Shown: piece by piece, positions 30,238 to 39,421 of the stretch
Layout: every line of letters begins with the position of its first letter
Position numbering within the stretch: position 1 is the stretch's first letter
The notes under the pieces: generated by a model
Database searches by the model: none
What the model was told of the DNA's origin: nothing
The model's input: only the letters and a program-made list of their open reading frames with translations
Source: a virus
Direction: 5' to 3' (one strand)
Virus record (IMG/VR): IMGVR_UViG_3300036834_000231
Location: 1 to 64,000 of that record
Length of the DNA stretch: 64,000 nucleotides
Position numbers and translations under genes: made by a program

Positions 30238-30289
30238 ATCAGAGTGATATCCCAGTGACATAAATTTGGGTGCATCTCATCAGGATATC
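30235..30289. promoter_or_regulatory. parA promoter/centromere-like array of GATATC-type half sites
   Basis: CATATC-N5-GATATC-N5-GACATA and CATCTC-N5-GATATC, 11-bp period. Confidence 0.55.
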
Positions 30290-30311
30290 AACGCAAAACC
30301 GCCGCCGCCAG

Positions 30312-30626
30312 CTAATCAAGTTTGCCGAGTACTGATTTGTGGGCGTAGCTCGGATAGTTGCGCCGCCTACACTCGGCGCAGCGGCATTGCCCGCCATTGC
30401 GGCGTGACCAGGAGGCTTTCTCTTTGGCGGACAAGGACTTCCAATTGCGGGGGCGCGGCGGGCTGGGCCGGTGCTCGACTGTCGGCGTGCGGCCGGGACC
30501 GGCGCCGTAGCGTTTGCGCAATCTTCCCATGGCGCGGCCGGCCTCCGTGACCGCGGGATTGTTGCGCATCTGACTCGGTTTTAGTCTCCTGAAATACTCC
30601 GCGACTTCCTCGTCGGTCGGCATCAT
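30312..30626 (-). CDS. small basic protein (GRAMGR/GPGR motif, CxCxxC)
   Basis: TATGAT -10 six nt before the ATG; resembles ORFs at 44861, 51647, 59034. Confidence 0.5.
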   Translation of the reverse strand: MMPTDEEVAEYFRRLKPSQMRNNPAVTEAGRAMGRLRKRYGAGPGRTPTVEHRPSPPRPRNWKSLSAKEKASWSRRNGGQCRCAECRRRNYPSYAHKSVLGKLD

Positions 30627-30656
30627 GCCGCGATCATAGCTTGTTTTTGTACTATT

Positions 30657-30977
30657 ATGTTACGGCGCAGTCCTCTCCATCGTGGGCGGCGCCGGTCGAA
30701 GTATGCCCGCAGAAAACGGGACTGGCTGTACATGGCCTGGATCGCGAGCTTGCGCTGCGTCGTGTGTGGGGCCTGGCCGGTCGAAGTGGCTCACGTGGGA
30801 GCCCGCGCTTACGGACAGAAGTGTTCGGATCGCGAGACGCTGCCCCTCTGCCCGTCCTGTCATCGAGAAGGACCGCAAGCCTTACATAAACTCGGACGTC
30901 GATTCTGGGAGACGCACGGCCTGGACTCAACTGAGCTGGTCGGGCAGTTCAATGCCGCCTATAACTCGTTAGCGTAA
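30657..30977 (+). CDS. DUF968/Ref-like HNH-type nuclease
   Basis: YMAWIASL.CVVCG..EVAHV..K.SD..TLPLC..CH. Confidence 0.75.
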   Translation: MLRRSPLHRGRRRSKYARRKRDWLYMAWIASLRCVVCGAWPVEVAHVGARAYGQKCSDRETLPLCPSCHREGPQALHKLGRRFWETHGLDSTELVGQFNAAYNSLA

Positions 30978-30985
30978 AGGGAAAT

Positions 30986-31267
30986 ATGGGACGCGCCACG
31001 GAGAAAGAAAAGCAATACGCAGAGCGCCATATCTCTGCCGTCCACTCGCTATGGAAAGGAGTGCAGCCCGTCAATGATCGGCAGCTACACTTCGCTTTGC
31101 AAGTTGCGCTACGCGACCACGCTTCGTTGGTCGAGCTGCTCATCAATAAAAATCTCATCACGCGGGAAGAGTACCTGCAAGCGCTCGCGATCGGGATGGA
31201 AACCGAGGCCGCATCGAGGAATCACGTGCTTATGACAAAGTTGTTGTCCGATGGCGTCCAGGGTTAA
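30986..31267 (+). CDS. hypothetical protein
   Basis: SLVELLINKNLITREEY motif; operon context. Confidence 0.55.
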   Translation: MGRATEKEKQYAERHISAVHSLWKGVQPVNDRQLHFALQVALRDHASLVELLINKNLITREEYLQALAIGMETEAASRNHVLMTKLLSDGVQG

Positions 31268-31958
31268 TCGCACGCCCAAGCCAGTGGCTTGGCGCAACCG
31301 CATTGTGGGTCACGACGTTGTACCCGCGGAAGACCTGCTCGCGAATCCCAAGAACTGGCGCATTCATCCGCAGAATCAGCAGCAGACCCTCGAAGGGGTG
31401 CTCGACGAAGTGGGCTGGGTCGACGAAATCAAGGTGAATCAGCGGACCGGCTTCGTGGTTGATGGGCACATGCGCGCCTCGATGGCGATCGCGAAAGGCG
31501 AGACCGTGCCGGTAGCTTACCTCGATCTGTCGGATGAAGAAGAGAACCTGGTGCTCGCGAGTTTCAATCCCGTCGCTGGTATGGCGGTGGCGGACGAGGC
31601 AGTGCTGAATGAACTGATCGGGTCGATCTCCACGAACAATCCGGACATCGCGGTCTTTCTCGACGGGCTCTACTCGGAGGTCAATCAAAGTGCTCTAAAG
31701 AACGCGCAAAACGAGCACGGCGCGGGGGAGTCAGGGGAGTCAGGCGGCGGGGACGCCGGCCAGCCTAGCCAGGCTACCGTGCGGGTTTTGATACAAGTGC
31801 CGGACGTGGCGATTCTCGAACAAGCTTTGATCCGCACCGGTTTCGCCACGCGGGGCGAAGCTTTGATAGCGATTTGCAGGAGCTATCTCGATGGCAGCAG
31901 CAACGTCAAAAGACAACTCACCAAAAACGCAAACGCAAAAAACGCAACTGCGGTCTAA
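31251..31958 (+). CDS. ParB/Srx-like N-terminal domain protein
   Basis: LLANPKNWRIHP..Q..L...L.EVGWV..I.VN.RTG.VVDGH.R. Confidence 0.75.
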   Translation: MASRVNRTPKPVAWRNRIVGHDVVPAEDLLANPKNWRIHPQNQQQTLEGVLDEVGWVDEIKVNQRTGFVVDGHMRASMAIAKGETVPVAYLDLSDEEENLVLASFNPVAGMAVADEAVLNELIGSISTNNPDIAVFLDGLYSEVNQSALKNAQNEHGAGESGESGGGDAGQPSQATVRVLIQVPDVAILEQALIRTGFATRGEALIAICRSYLDGSSNVKRQLTKNANAKNATAV

Positions 31959-32535
31959 GGCGCTTCTCATCTTGGGGCGTCAGGCGGAGCCGGTTGTGAT
32001 GGAGACGCACGGCGGGTACGGGAAGCTATTCGCCTCCTGCTATGCCCACATCAAGCGCGGAATCGTCATCGAGAAAGATCCGGCCAAAGCCACGAAACTA
32101 TTGAATCAGCGCGGCCAGCATTGGGCGGTGTATCAGGCCGAGAACGAACTGGCGCTCAAAGCGGGACTCGGGAGCCATCTGCCCGTCAACTTTCTGGACG
32201 TCGCTCCGTGGGGCGACCCATGGCCGACGATCGGGGCCTTTCTCGCGAGCCGGCGCCCGAGGACCGAGCACTTGATGATCGTGGTCAATGACGGCCTACG
32301 GCATTTGTTGCAGCGGCAAGGCGGCTGGACGTGCGCCACCTTGGAGCCGATGGTGCGCAAGTATGGAAATGCCGATCTGTATGGCAGGTACTTAGAGGTC
32401 TGCCGCGAAATGATGGTCGAACGCGTCAAACCCCAGGGTTATCAACTGGCGGCCTGGACCGGTTACTATGCCGGTCAGCAGATGACCCATTACGCCGCGT
32501 ATTGCCGCCGGTCCACACCGGACCACAAGGAGTAG
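31891..32535 (+). CDS. putative SAM-dependent methyltransferase-fold protein
   Basis: VMETHGGYG (motif I-like), IEKD, NFLDVAPWGDPW (D.DPyG.P-like). Confidence 0.5.
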   Translation: MAAATSKDNSPKTQTQKTQLRSKALLILGRQAEPVVMETHGGYGKLFASCYAHIKRGIVIEKDPAKATKLLNQRGQHWAVYQAENELALKAGLGSHLPVNFLDVAPWGDPWPTIGAFLASRRPRTEHLMIVVNDGLRHLLQRQGGWTCATLEPMVRKYGNADLYGRYLEVCREMMVERVKPQGYQLAAWTGYYAGQQMTHYAAYCRRSTPDHKE

Positions 32536-32537
32536 CC

Positions 32538-32672
32538 ATGTTGCATTTGGGATTTTTGATCGCCGCCATGGTGATCTTCATTCTAGGTTGTTTTGTATCG
32601 CCGCCGAAGGCGAACATGACAAATATCGGCTTGGCGCTGTTATGCGCCTCGATACTATTCCAAGCCCGCTAG
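32538..32672 (+). CDS. small two-TM membrane protein
   Basis: AAGGAG RBS; MLHLGFLIAAMVIFILGCFV..IGLALLCASILF. Confidence 0.55.
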   Translation: MLHLGFLIAAMVIFILGCFVSPPKANMTNIGLALLCASILFQAR

Positions 32673-32930
32673 GGCTCGCCGTTCTCGTACCCTGTGATCT
32701 TCGAGAACGCTAACAAGATAGCCATCCAGAAGAGAAGTCTGACGAGCATGAGCATGGCCGCCAATTTTTTCGGGATGGTCATTTCGCGCAGGTCTTCCGG
32801 CAAATTCCGGGTCACGAACAGCCAAAACCCGTGGATGCGATCTTTCATGCCGATACCTTCCTACGGATATCACCGTAGTGGGCTGAATGATATCACAGGC
32901 GTCAACGTCATCGCGCGATAAGGAAGTGAA

Positions 32931-33914
32931 GTGAGAGTGCTGTTGTGCCAGATCGACGGTAAGATTCCGAACCTCGCGCTCATGCGAATCGCGGCATACC
33001 ATCGGGCGAACGGTGACGAGGTGGAACTGCGCCACGGTGCGAACTTCATGCGTCTGTTGTGGGACGCGGCGCCAGACCTCGTTTACGCCTCGGCCATTTT
33101 CGTGAAGTCGCGTCCCACGGTAGAGCGGCTGCTATCGATGTTTCCTCTAGCAGTGATCGGCGGCACAGGATGGGACATTGCGCGCACGGTCGAGTCGGTC
33201 GGCATTGATTCAACCGCACTAGATTACACGTTGTACCCGCGCTTCCGGCAGTCCATCGGCTTTACGCAGCGCGGCTGCCGGCTGCGGTGTCCCTTTTGCG
33301 TGGTCCCGCAGAAGGAAGGCGCTATGCGGGAGCAGTCCTCGGTCTACGACATTTGGCGCGGCGATCCGTGGCCGCGGGAACTGCTACTGCTCGATAACGA
33401 TTTCTTTGGCCAGCCACATTGGCGGGAGCGAGCCCGCGAGATACGCGACGGCGGATTCAAGGTGTCCTTCAATCAAGGCATTAACGCGCGCTTTCTCACG
33501 GACGAGGCGGCCGAGGCGATAGCCTCGCTCGACTACCGCGATGACGGCATGAAGGACAAGCGGATCTATACCGCGTGGGACAACCTGAAGGACGAGCACC
33601 GCCTGTTCGCTGGCTTGAACCGACTCGTGCGGTACGGCGTGAAACCGGATCAGATCATGGTCTACATGCTCTGCGGCTATTGGCCGGGCGAGACGCAGGC
33701 AGACCGCGAGTATCGGCGTAAGCAGTTACGCGAGTTTGGGGCCAGACCGTTCCCCATGCCATATGTGCGGACCCTGGAGCTGGTCGGATTCCAGCGGTGG
33801 GTTATCGGCGCTTACGACAAGCGCATCCCGTGGGCAGAGTGGTTCGCGGCGCACTACCGGCCAGAGAAACTGCGACCGGAATCGGCGTCACTCTCACTGT
33901 TGGAGAGCGAGTGA
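32931..33914 (+). CDS. radical SAM protein (phage type)
   Basis: TQRGCRLRCPFCVVP.KEG CxxxCxxC; IPNLALMRIAAYH N-terminus; LLDNDF. Confidence 0.9.
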   Translation: MRVLLCQIDGKIPNLALMRIAAYHRANGDEVELRHGANFMRLLWDAAPDLVYASAIFVKSRPTVERLLSMFPLAVIGGTGWDIARTVESVGIDSTALDYTLYPRFRQSIGFTQRGCRLRCPFCVVPQKEGAMREQSSVYDIWRGDPWPRELLLLDNDFFGQPHWRERAREIRDGGFKVSFNQGINARFLTDEAAEAIASLDYRDDGMKDKRIYTAWDNLKDEHRLFAGLNRLVRYGVKPDQIMVYMLCGYWPGETQADREYRRKQLREFGARPFPMPYVRTLELVGFQRWVIGAYDKRIPWAEWFAAHYRPEKLRPESASLSLLESE

Positions 33915-35179
33915 CTTTTGGCTCCCTCTTCTCAGGCATTGGGGGCCTGGATCTAGGGCTCGATCGCGCTGGCTGGGAGTGCCGCTGGCAGGTGGAGAAG
34001 GACGAGTTTTGCGGGCGCGTGCTGGAGTCGCACTGGCCGGGCTTGAAGCAGTATCGGGACATCGCGCATGTCGCGCAGTTCGATGAAGAAGGATGGAGGT
34101 TTCTTGACTTACCTGAATCAGTTGACTTACTCGCAGGGGGGTTCCCATGCACCGATCTCAGCGTCGCCGGCAAGCAAACCGGACTCACCAACGCAGACGG
34201 CACGCCGACTCGCAGCGGCCTTTGGTTTGAGTTCGCCCGCCTTATTGGGGAGCTTAGACCCGGCTACGTTCTCGTTGAAAACGTCAGCGGTGTCCTTGTT
34301 CACGACGCAATGCGACGAGTGGTCGGAGAGCTGGCCGGACTCGGGTATGTGGGATCTTGGCTCTGTCTACGAGCTGCGGACTTTGGCGCCAGTCACTTGC
34401 GTAAGCGGGTCTTCCTCGTCGCCGTCCGGTACGTGGCCGACAGCGAGCGCCTCGCTTGCGAACGACGGCGAGGATATCGAGAGTTGGAAGGCCCGCAAGG
34501 CGCGCATCTTAGCGAAGGGCTACAACGGCAACGGAATGGGGACGCCACTGACGATTGCGGCCACCACCTGGCCAACAGCGCGCTCGGAGGATGGCGAGAG
34601 TTGCGGGAATCACCCGGGGGCGGTGGACTCCTTAACGGGCGCGGCGCGCCTGTGGAACACGCCGCACGGGATGAGCAATCGGGACTCTCGGGGCAAGGTG
34701 GGGGGCTGCGGCGGGGGGCAATTTGCGTTGCAGGCGAATCACTGGGAGACGCCGCGAGCATCGACGGGAGGCCTGCGGGAGTACGACGGCAAGCGCGGGG
34801 TGGGAGTGAACACACAGGCGGCTCACTGGCAGACGCCGGCGACGGACAGCTTTCGGAGCCGGGGCGGGGAACGCAAGGAAGAAATGGGGCTGGACCAGGA
34901 AGCCCGGGCTTTCACTTCGCTCCCGGACCCAGCGACCCCAGATGGGTTGACATCCTGCGAGTACGACCAGACCTCGCTCCAGCCCTGCCCGTCGCCGCCG
35001 ACGAGGCGTCTCAATCCTCGTTTCGTCGAGTTTTTGATGGGTCTGCCGATAGGCTGGACCGAGCTATGAGTAATCGCACAAAGCGGTTATCCCGCCTCGG
35101 GAATGCCGTTGTGCCGGATGTGGCTGAGTGGTTAGGGCGCCGGTTAATGGAGTTCATACAATCGACGCCCACGCGATGA
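33911..35179 (+). CDS. C5 DNA cytosine methyltransferase, alpha chain (motifs I-VIII and X)
   Basis: SLFSGIGG, GGFPCTDLS, VENV, H.RKRVF, RLGNAVVP; motif IX absent; GTG 33911 overlaps the upstream stop. Confidence 0.9.
   Translation: MTFGSLFSGIGGLDLGLDRAGWECRWQVEKDEFCGRVLESHWPGLKQYRDIAHVAQFDEEGWRFLDLPESVDLLAGGFPCTDLSVAGKQTGLTNADGTPTRSGLWFEFARLIGELRPGYVLVENVSGVLVHDAMRRVVGELAGLGYVGSWLCLRAADFGASHLRKRVFLVAVRYVADSERLACERRRGYRELEGPQGAHLSEGLQRQRNGDATDDCGHHLANSALGGWRELRESPGGGGLLNGRGAPVEHAARDEQSGLSGQGGGLRRGAICVAGESLGDAASIDGRPAGVRRQARGGSEHTGGSLADAGDGQLSEPGRGTQGRNGAGPGSPGFHFAPGPSDPRWVDILRVRPDLAPALPVAADEASQSSFRRVFDGSADRLDRAMSNRTKRLSRLGNAVVPDVAEWLGRRLMEFIQSTPTR
34068..35069 (+). CDS. C5 methyltransferase beta chain (TRD repeats plus motif IX) in an overlapping frame; start uncertain
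   Basis: Five W.T(P/A) repeats and terminal RLNPRFVEFLMGLPIGWT motif IX, nested in the alpha ORF. Confidence 0.75.
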   Translation: MSRSSMKKDGGFLTYLNQLTYSQGGSHAPISASPASKPDSPTQTARRLAAAFGLSSPALLGSLDPATFSLKTSAVSLFTTQCDEWSESWPDSGMWDLGSVYELRTLAPVTCVSGSSSSPSGTWPTASASLANDGEDIESWKARKARILAKGYNGNGMGTPLTIAATTWPTARSEDGESCGNHPGAVDSLTGAARLWNTPHGMSNRDSRGKVGGCGGGQFALQANHWETPRASTGGLREYDGKRGVGVNTQAAHWQTPATDSFRSRGGERKEEMGLDQEARAFTSLPDPATPDGLTSCEYDQTSLQPCPSPPTRRLNPRFVEFLMGLPIGWTEL

Positions 35180-35185
35180 GTCGCT

Positions 35186-35968
35186 TCAGGCGGACTTCCT
35201 CTTCGCGGGCTTCCCTTTGAGAGAGGCCTGCAAGGCGACCATCAGATCGTTGGTCTCGCTCTGCGGCGGGCGCTTGGCCAAGGTGTGCACCTTATTCCCT
35301 TGCCGTTTGGCCTGTAGCAGTTTTTCCACGGATTGCTGGTAGCCGTCCACGTATTGCGCGTGGTCGAATTTGTCCGAGGTGGCGCGTAGCAATTGTTTAG
35401 CCAGCGCTAGTTCCTTCGCTTCGATCGGAATGGCTTCCAGCCCGAGGTGGGGCGCTGCGTGCACCTCCCCCTGGTAGAACATGGTGTGGAAGACGAGCGT
35501 TCCGTTGTACGGCCGGATGACGATGACGTGTTCGCGCGAGTGCAGGGTAGCGCGCGCGATGGCGTACCGCTTCTCGGCGCGCAGGGCATCGTGCAATAGC
35601 TTGTAGCCCTTCATGCCGGCGGTGTCCGGTTCGAGGTAGTAGGACGACTCGAACAAGAGCGGATCGACTGCGTTCGCGGCGACGCACTGTTCGATCTCCA
35701 TGCTGTGCGAGCTGTCAGGCTGGCAATCCTTCAGCTCCTCATCGCTGACGGTCACGTATTGGTCCTTCGCCACTTCGTGGCCGCGGTGCGTATCCTTGCG
35801 GGTGATTTCCTTATTGCACTTGGGACACCACGTCTTGGTGTTGATGCGGCTGCCGCATTCGCTATGCAGCAAGTTGAATGAGATTGATTCAGCCCGGGCG
35901 GCGATCGTCACCTTCACCGGGATGTTCACGAGTCCAAAGGAAATAGTGCCCTTCCAAATGGCGGCCAT
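35186..35968 (-). CDS. ku: Ku (NHEJ DNA end-binding protein)
   Basis: AIWKGTISFGLVNIPVK..FNLLH..YYLEPD..Y.LL..AL..EL.LAKQL..DLM.ALQASL. Confidence 0.96.
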   Translation of the reverse strand: MAAIWKGTISFGLVNIPVKVTIAARAESISFNLLHSECGSRINTKTWCPKCNKEITRKDTHRGHEVAKDQYVTVSDEELKDCQPDSSHSMEIEQCVAANAVDPLLFESSYYLEPDTAGMKGYKLLHDALRAEKRYAIARATLHSREHVIVIRPYNGTLVFHTMFYQGEVHAAPHLGLEAIPIEAKELALAKQLLRATSDKFDHAQYVDGYQQSVEKLLQAKRQGNKVHTLAKRPPQSETNDLMVALQASLKGKPAKRKSA

Positions 35969-36121
35969 TAGCGTTCACCTCCGTGGGTGCGGGTCAGTTT
36001 AGGGGTATGTCTGCTCAGCATTTGATCTCCTATATATTTTCTATTATAAATATAACAAGGTGAGGTGTTCTTTGTCCAAGAACAAGCTTGTTTCTGGATT
36101 TAAAAAAATAACCGCGACGGG

Positions 36122-36304
36122 TCATTCTTCTTCCACCTTGCAAGCTCTGTACGTAATCTCTATCTCTCGATACAACTCCATGTGCGTCTCGCACACATGG
36201 CACCACGCAAGACGATAAGAACACAGGAGGTCATTGCCGAAAAGCTCTGCGCCATTATCGAAGATGTGGCCGCAATTGGGGCAACGATAGGCAGTTGAGG
36301 TCAT
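36122..36304 (-). CDS. small zinc-finger protein
   Basis: CPNCG..CHVC; ATGA overlap with the ligase stop. Confidence 0.5.
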   Translation of the reverse strand: MTSTAYRCPNCGHIFDNGAELFGNDLLCSYRLAWCHVCETHMELYREIEITYRACKVEEE

Positions 36305-37197
36305 TTCTTTCCTTTCGGCGCGACTATCTCTAGAGTCGGCTTCCCTTGGTTGGACGGCATTCTCATCGATCCTTTCGTGTGCAGTTGCGCGGCCGTGCAT
36401 TCGGCGCGGCGGATGTCCCGGCGGACTCCGCGGTAAACCGCTTGGATCAGATCCCCTCCGATATCATGGCGATACAAGTATTCCACCTCGATGATTTGCC
36501 CGGCTTTGGGAATTTCCTGGTTGGGCGGGATGGTCACGGAGCCGACCGGCGTATCGTCCGCAAGCTTGATCTCGACGCTACGCTTCGCGCCACGCTGTTG
36601 GGCGACGATCACCGAGCAGGTGTTGACGAACTTGAATTTCAGGGCGGGGCCTCCGCTGTTGGGGCGGCCGCCTGAGTAGGCAGCATCGCGGCGTTTGAAG
36701 ACTACGCCTTCCAACCCATTTTCGTGGATGGAGCGGTAGAGGGTTTGCTTGTCTTGGACGCCAAAGGCGGAAACCACGGGTAAGATACGCCTGGGAGGAT
36801 TCTTCCCGCCCCATATGGCTTCGATGTAGCTAATGCGAAACTCGCAGGCCAGCCGCCATATCGCGTTGTCGCCGTACTGAAGAAGGTCGAAGCAGATGTA
36901 GTCGTCGCCGATCAGTTCGCCGTCGAGCACCAGACGCGAGGGAAGCGATAGCGTGGCGTCTACCACGGTTTGCGGGAGGGTGATCGGCTTCCCGGTTCGG
37001 GAGATCCCCCGGGGCCTGGCGCCGGTGCGCGATTCGAGACGAACGCGCACTCCGTCGAATTTGGGTTGCAGGAGCCACGCCTCGTCTGCGAGAAGGCGTT
37101 CCATTTCCGCCCTGTCGATCGAGGTCAATAGCTGGTGGCCGGGGATCGGCTGTTCGTCTGCGGCGTGAGAGTCTCGATGGTGAAGGGGTTTTGGCAT
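36301..37197 (-). CDS. ATP-dependent DNA ligase (minimal)
   Basis: QPKFDGVR (KxDG), VLDGEL, CFDLL, EGVVFK, LKFKF, OB-fold EVEYL. Confidence 0.85.
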   Translation of the reverse strand: MPKPLHHRDSHAADEQPIPGHQLLTSIDRAEMERLLADEAWLLQPKFDGVRVRLESRTGARPRGISRTGKPITLPQTVVDATLSLPSRLVLDGELIGDDYICFDLLQYGDNAIWRLACEFRISYIEAIWGGKNPPRRILPVVSAFGVQDKQTLYRSIHENGLEGVVFKRRDAAYSGGRPNSGGPALKFKFVNTCSVIVAQQRGAKRSVEIKLADDTPVGSVTIPPNQEIPKAGQIIEVEYLYRHDIGGDLIQAVYRGVRRDIRRAECTAAQLHTKGSMRMPSNQGKPTLEIVAPKGKK

Positions 37198-37277
37198 ATA
37201 TATACGAGTGCTAACAGTATAGCACATAAATAATATACGGAAAAATTAGCCGGGTCGAGACCGGTTATGCTTTGGTC

Positions 37278-37787
37278 ATGGCTTCCGCCGCGCCGCCGGT
37301 CGATCGCTGCGAATTGATCGATGGGTGTGAGGTCGTGAAGCCGCTAGCCAAAAAGCTGCATTTTCTCGCCCAGTCTTATTTGGCATTCGCCCTGCGCCGC
37401 GATCTGCCGGCGCGTTTCGTGTGCGGCGCCGAATTGAGCATCCTTTGCGGCGCGAACCGGATTGCGCCGGACGTCGTCGTGACGACGCGCCAGGCGCGCT
37501 TCGTCGACGGGTGTCTGGCCGATCCGCCGCTGCTCGCGGTCGAAATTCTCTCGCCCGGCCTAACGATTCCCGGTTTGTTTCACAAAGCCCAGCGCCTCAT
37601 CGACAGCGGGGCGCCGCAGGTGTGGATCATTCTGCCCGAGCGGCGCCAGGCCTGGTCGATGAGGTCCCAGGAAATCGCGAAGATGGCGATCTATCTTTCG
37701 GCCGACTTCCCGAGTTGCGGCGAGGGTCGAATCGATCTGCGCCTCTACCTGCCGGATCTGTGGGAAGACATAGAGCAAATAAAGTAG
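37278..37787 (+). CDS. Uma2/DUF820 family endonuclease
   Basis: ELIDG..H..Q..PDV..PLLAVEILSP..K..G..VWII.P. Confidence 0.85.
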   Translation: MASAAPPVDRCELIDGCEVVKPLAKKLHFLAQSYLAFALRRDLPARFVCGAELSILCGANRIAPDVVVTTRQARFVDGCLADPPLLAVEILSPGLTIPGLFHKAQRLIDSGAPQVWIILPERRQAWSMRSQEIAKMAIYLSADFPSCGEGRIDLRLYLPDLWEDIEQIK

Positions 37788-37942
37788 CCATCGGTTTAAT
37801 CTGATCGCCGGCAGATTGCGAGCGTGCGCGCGAAACGGGCACTTTCTTGATGGATGAAGCTTCAACCGCCAAACAGGGGCGCGCGTTCGGCCGGCGTGAT
37901 CGGAGGAACCGCTGAAGGGCGAGCGCTCCAGTTGGTTGCCGC

Positions 37943-38542
37943 TTGATCGAGCCATTAAGCCTAGAGCAACAGCAATGGGTCGAGTCCATGTTGCCTTTGG
38001 CACGCAAGATCGCCGACTGGACGTACCACCGTTATTCGAGGGCTCTCGGCATGAGCCGCGACGACATTCACCAAGAGGCCTGCCTGCTGCTCTGTTATGC
38101 GGCGCGCCGCTACAATCCTGAGAAACTAGATTCCTTCCGCATCTACGCCTGGATGCGGCTACGCAGCCTACATGTCGATTTGCTACGCCAGCAGTATGGC
38201 CGCGATGACAATCCAGATCCCTCCCGGCGGATTCAGTTGTTGAGCCTGGACGCCCCCATGGACGGCGGCGACGGCGAAACCTATCTGGCCTTCTTTGAGA
38301 ATCACGGCGCCGAGGCGGGTTTTCGGCAGCGCGTCGAGAACAGCCTATACCTCGATCATTTAATGCAGCCGCTGAACCCGCGTTACCAGCAGATTTTCAT
38401 GGCGTTCCGCGAAGGCAAATTGAAAAGCGAGGTGGCGGCGGAACTCGGCGTCAACTTCAGCCGAGTCTCGCAAATCTACAGCGCCGGGCTTGAGACGATC
38501 CGCAAGGCGGCGGGCATCGAATCGTTGCCGGTAGCGGCGTAG
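37943..38542 (+). CDS. sigma-70 family RNA polymerase sigma factor
   Basis: DDIHQEA.L.L..AA.RYNP..F..YA..R; LSLDAP; region 4 EVA.ELGV..SRVSQI. Confidence 0.88.
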   Translation: MIEPLSLEQQQWVESMLPLARKIADWTYHRYSRALGMSRDDIHQEACLLLCYAARRYNPEKLDSFRIYAWMRLRSLHVDLLRQQYGRDDNPDPSRRIQLLSLDAPMDGGDGETYLAFFENHGAEAGFRQRVENSLYLDHLMQPLNPRYQQIFMAFREGKLKSEVAAELGVNFSRVSQIYSAGLETIRKAAGIESLPVAA

Positions 38543-38545
38543 ATA

Positions 38546-39073
38546 TCAAGCAGCTTTCTTTAAGGGAACGTTCAACCGTTGGCGGGTATCCGGCAGGCGC
38601 AGCGCAGTTGCCACCGCGCGGTTGGTTTCGCGCCGGAAGTAATCTTCGATCGGAAATAGCGCGTAGGGCTGCTGGCTGCAGAAGGCGTGCGCGAGCGCAT
38701 GCTCGATCCGGTAGAAGTCGCGGTGCGTTGAGCGCTCATCGCGCGGGCGGCCGAGCTGAACGTTGATCTGTTCGAGGGAGGCTTCGAGGATGTAGCGCGA
38801 GACGAACAGCCGGTGATCAGCCGACGCTAGACTACGGCGCGCGCAGGACAAAAAGTCGGCGGCGTATTCGTAGTTCCGATAGCCCGGCGCCACGCTGCGG
38901 AACTTCGCGAGGCAGATGCGAAAGATCGACCGCAGCACGCAGGGGCACGGCTCCCCGGCGACTCCTCCGATATCGCCGGTCAGACCGAGACCCCTGCAAC
39001 GGACACAGCGCCGGCTCGCGAGATGTACTACTTCGGCGTGCGTCCAGTCCATACACAATAGCAGTGCCCGCAA
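38546..39073 (-). CDS. hypothetical protein with CxxC.G.G zinc finger (possible transcription regulator)
   Basis: CVRCRGLG..PCPCV followed by a helical domain. Confidence 0.55.
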   Translation of the reverse strand: MRALLLCMDWTHAEVVHLASRRCVRCRGLGLTGDIGGVAGEPCPCVLRSIFRICLAKFRSVAPGYRNYEYAADFLSCARRSLASADHRLFVSRYILEASLEQINVQLGRPRDERSTHRDFYRIEHALAHAFCSQQPYALFPIEDYFRRETNRAVATALRLPDTRQRLNVPLKKAA

Positions 39074-39101
39074 ATCGCGCGGAATCGCGCCAGATTAATC
39101 T

Positions 39102-39410
39102 TTAGGCCGCGGGTTTGCGGAGCAAGTTGCGGGCGTAGCGGTCTTCGTCTTCGAAGCGCGATTGGTGGCGTTCGACCATGGTGCGCAGGGCGTTCACAGC
39201 GATAGTAAGCGAAGTGCTGATCTCGGATTGCGTCGAGAGCATTTCGCTTTGTTTCTTCATCTGCTCGTTCAGTTCCTTCAAGTGCTCGGTGCACTCGTTG
39301 GCCTGATGCACCTTGGTGAACAGGTATTTGATGGCGGCCAGCACGAACGCAGCCGATTGAAGCCACGCGTGTAGCATGCGGGCGTCGAGGGCAGAGATAG
39401 GTTCCGACAT
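39102..39410 (-). CDS. membrane-anchored coiled-coil protein
   Basis: RBS GAAAGG; one TM segment followed by heptads. Confidence 0.5.
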   Translation of the reverse strand: MSEPISALDARMLHAWLQSAAFVLAAIKYLFTKVHQANECTEHLKELNEQMKKQSEMLSTQSEISTSLTIAVNALRTMVERHQSRFEDEDRYARNLLRKPAA

Positions 39411-39421
39411 AAGTACCTTTC

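Noticed and set aside
33797-33910. N-terminal extension of the C5 MTase (likewise 8045, 25558, 26027 and 37227 long starts)
   Set aside because: Overlaps upstream genes; conserved motifs begin at the downstream start codons used
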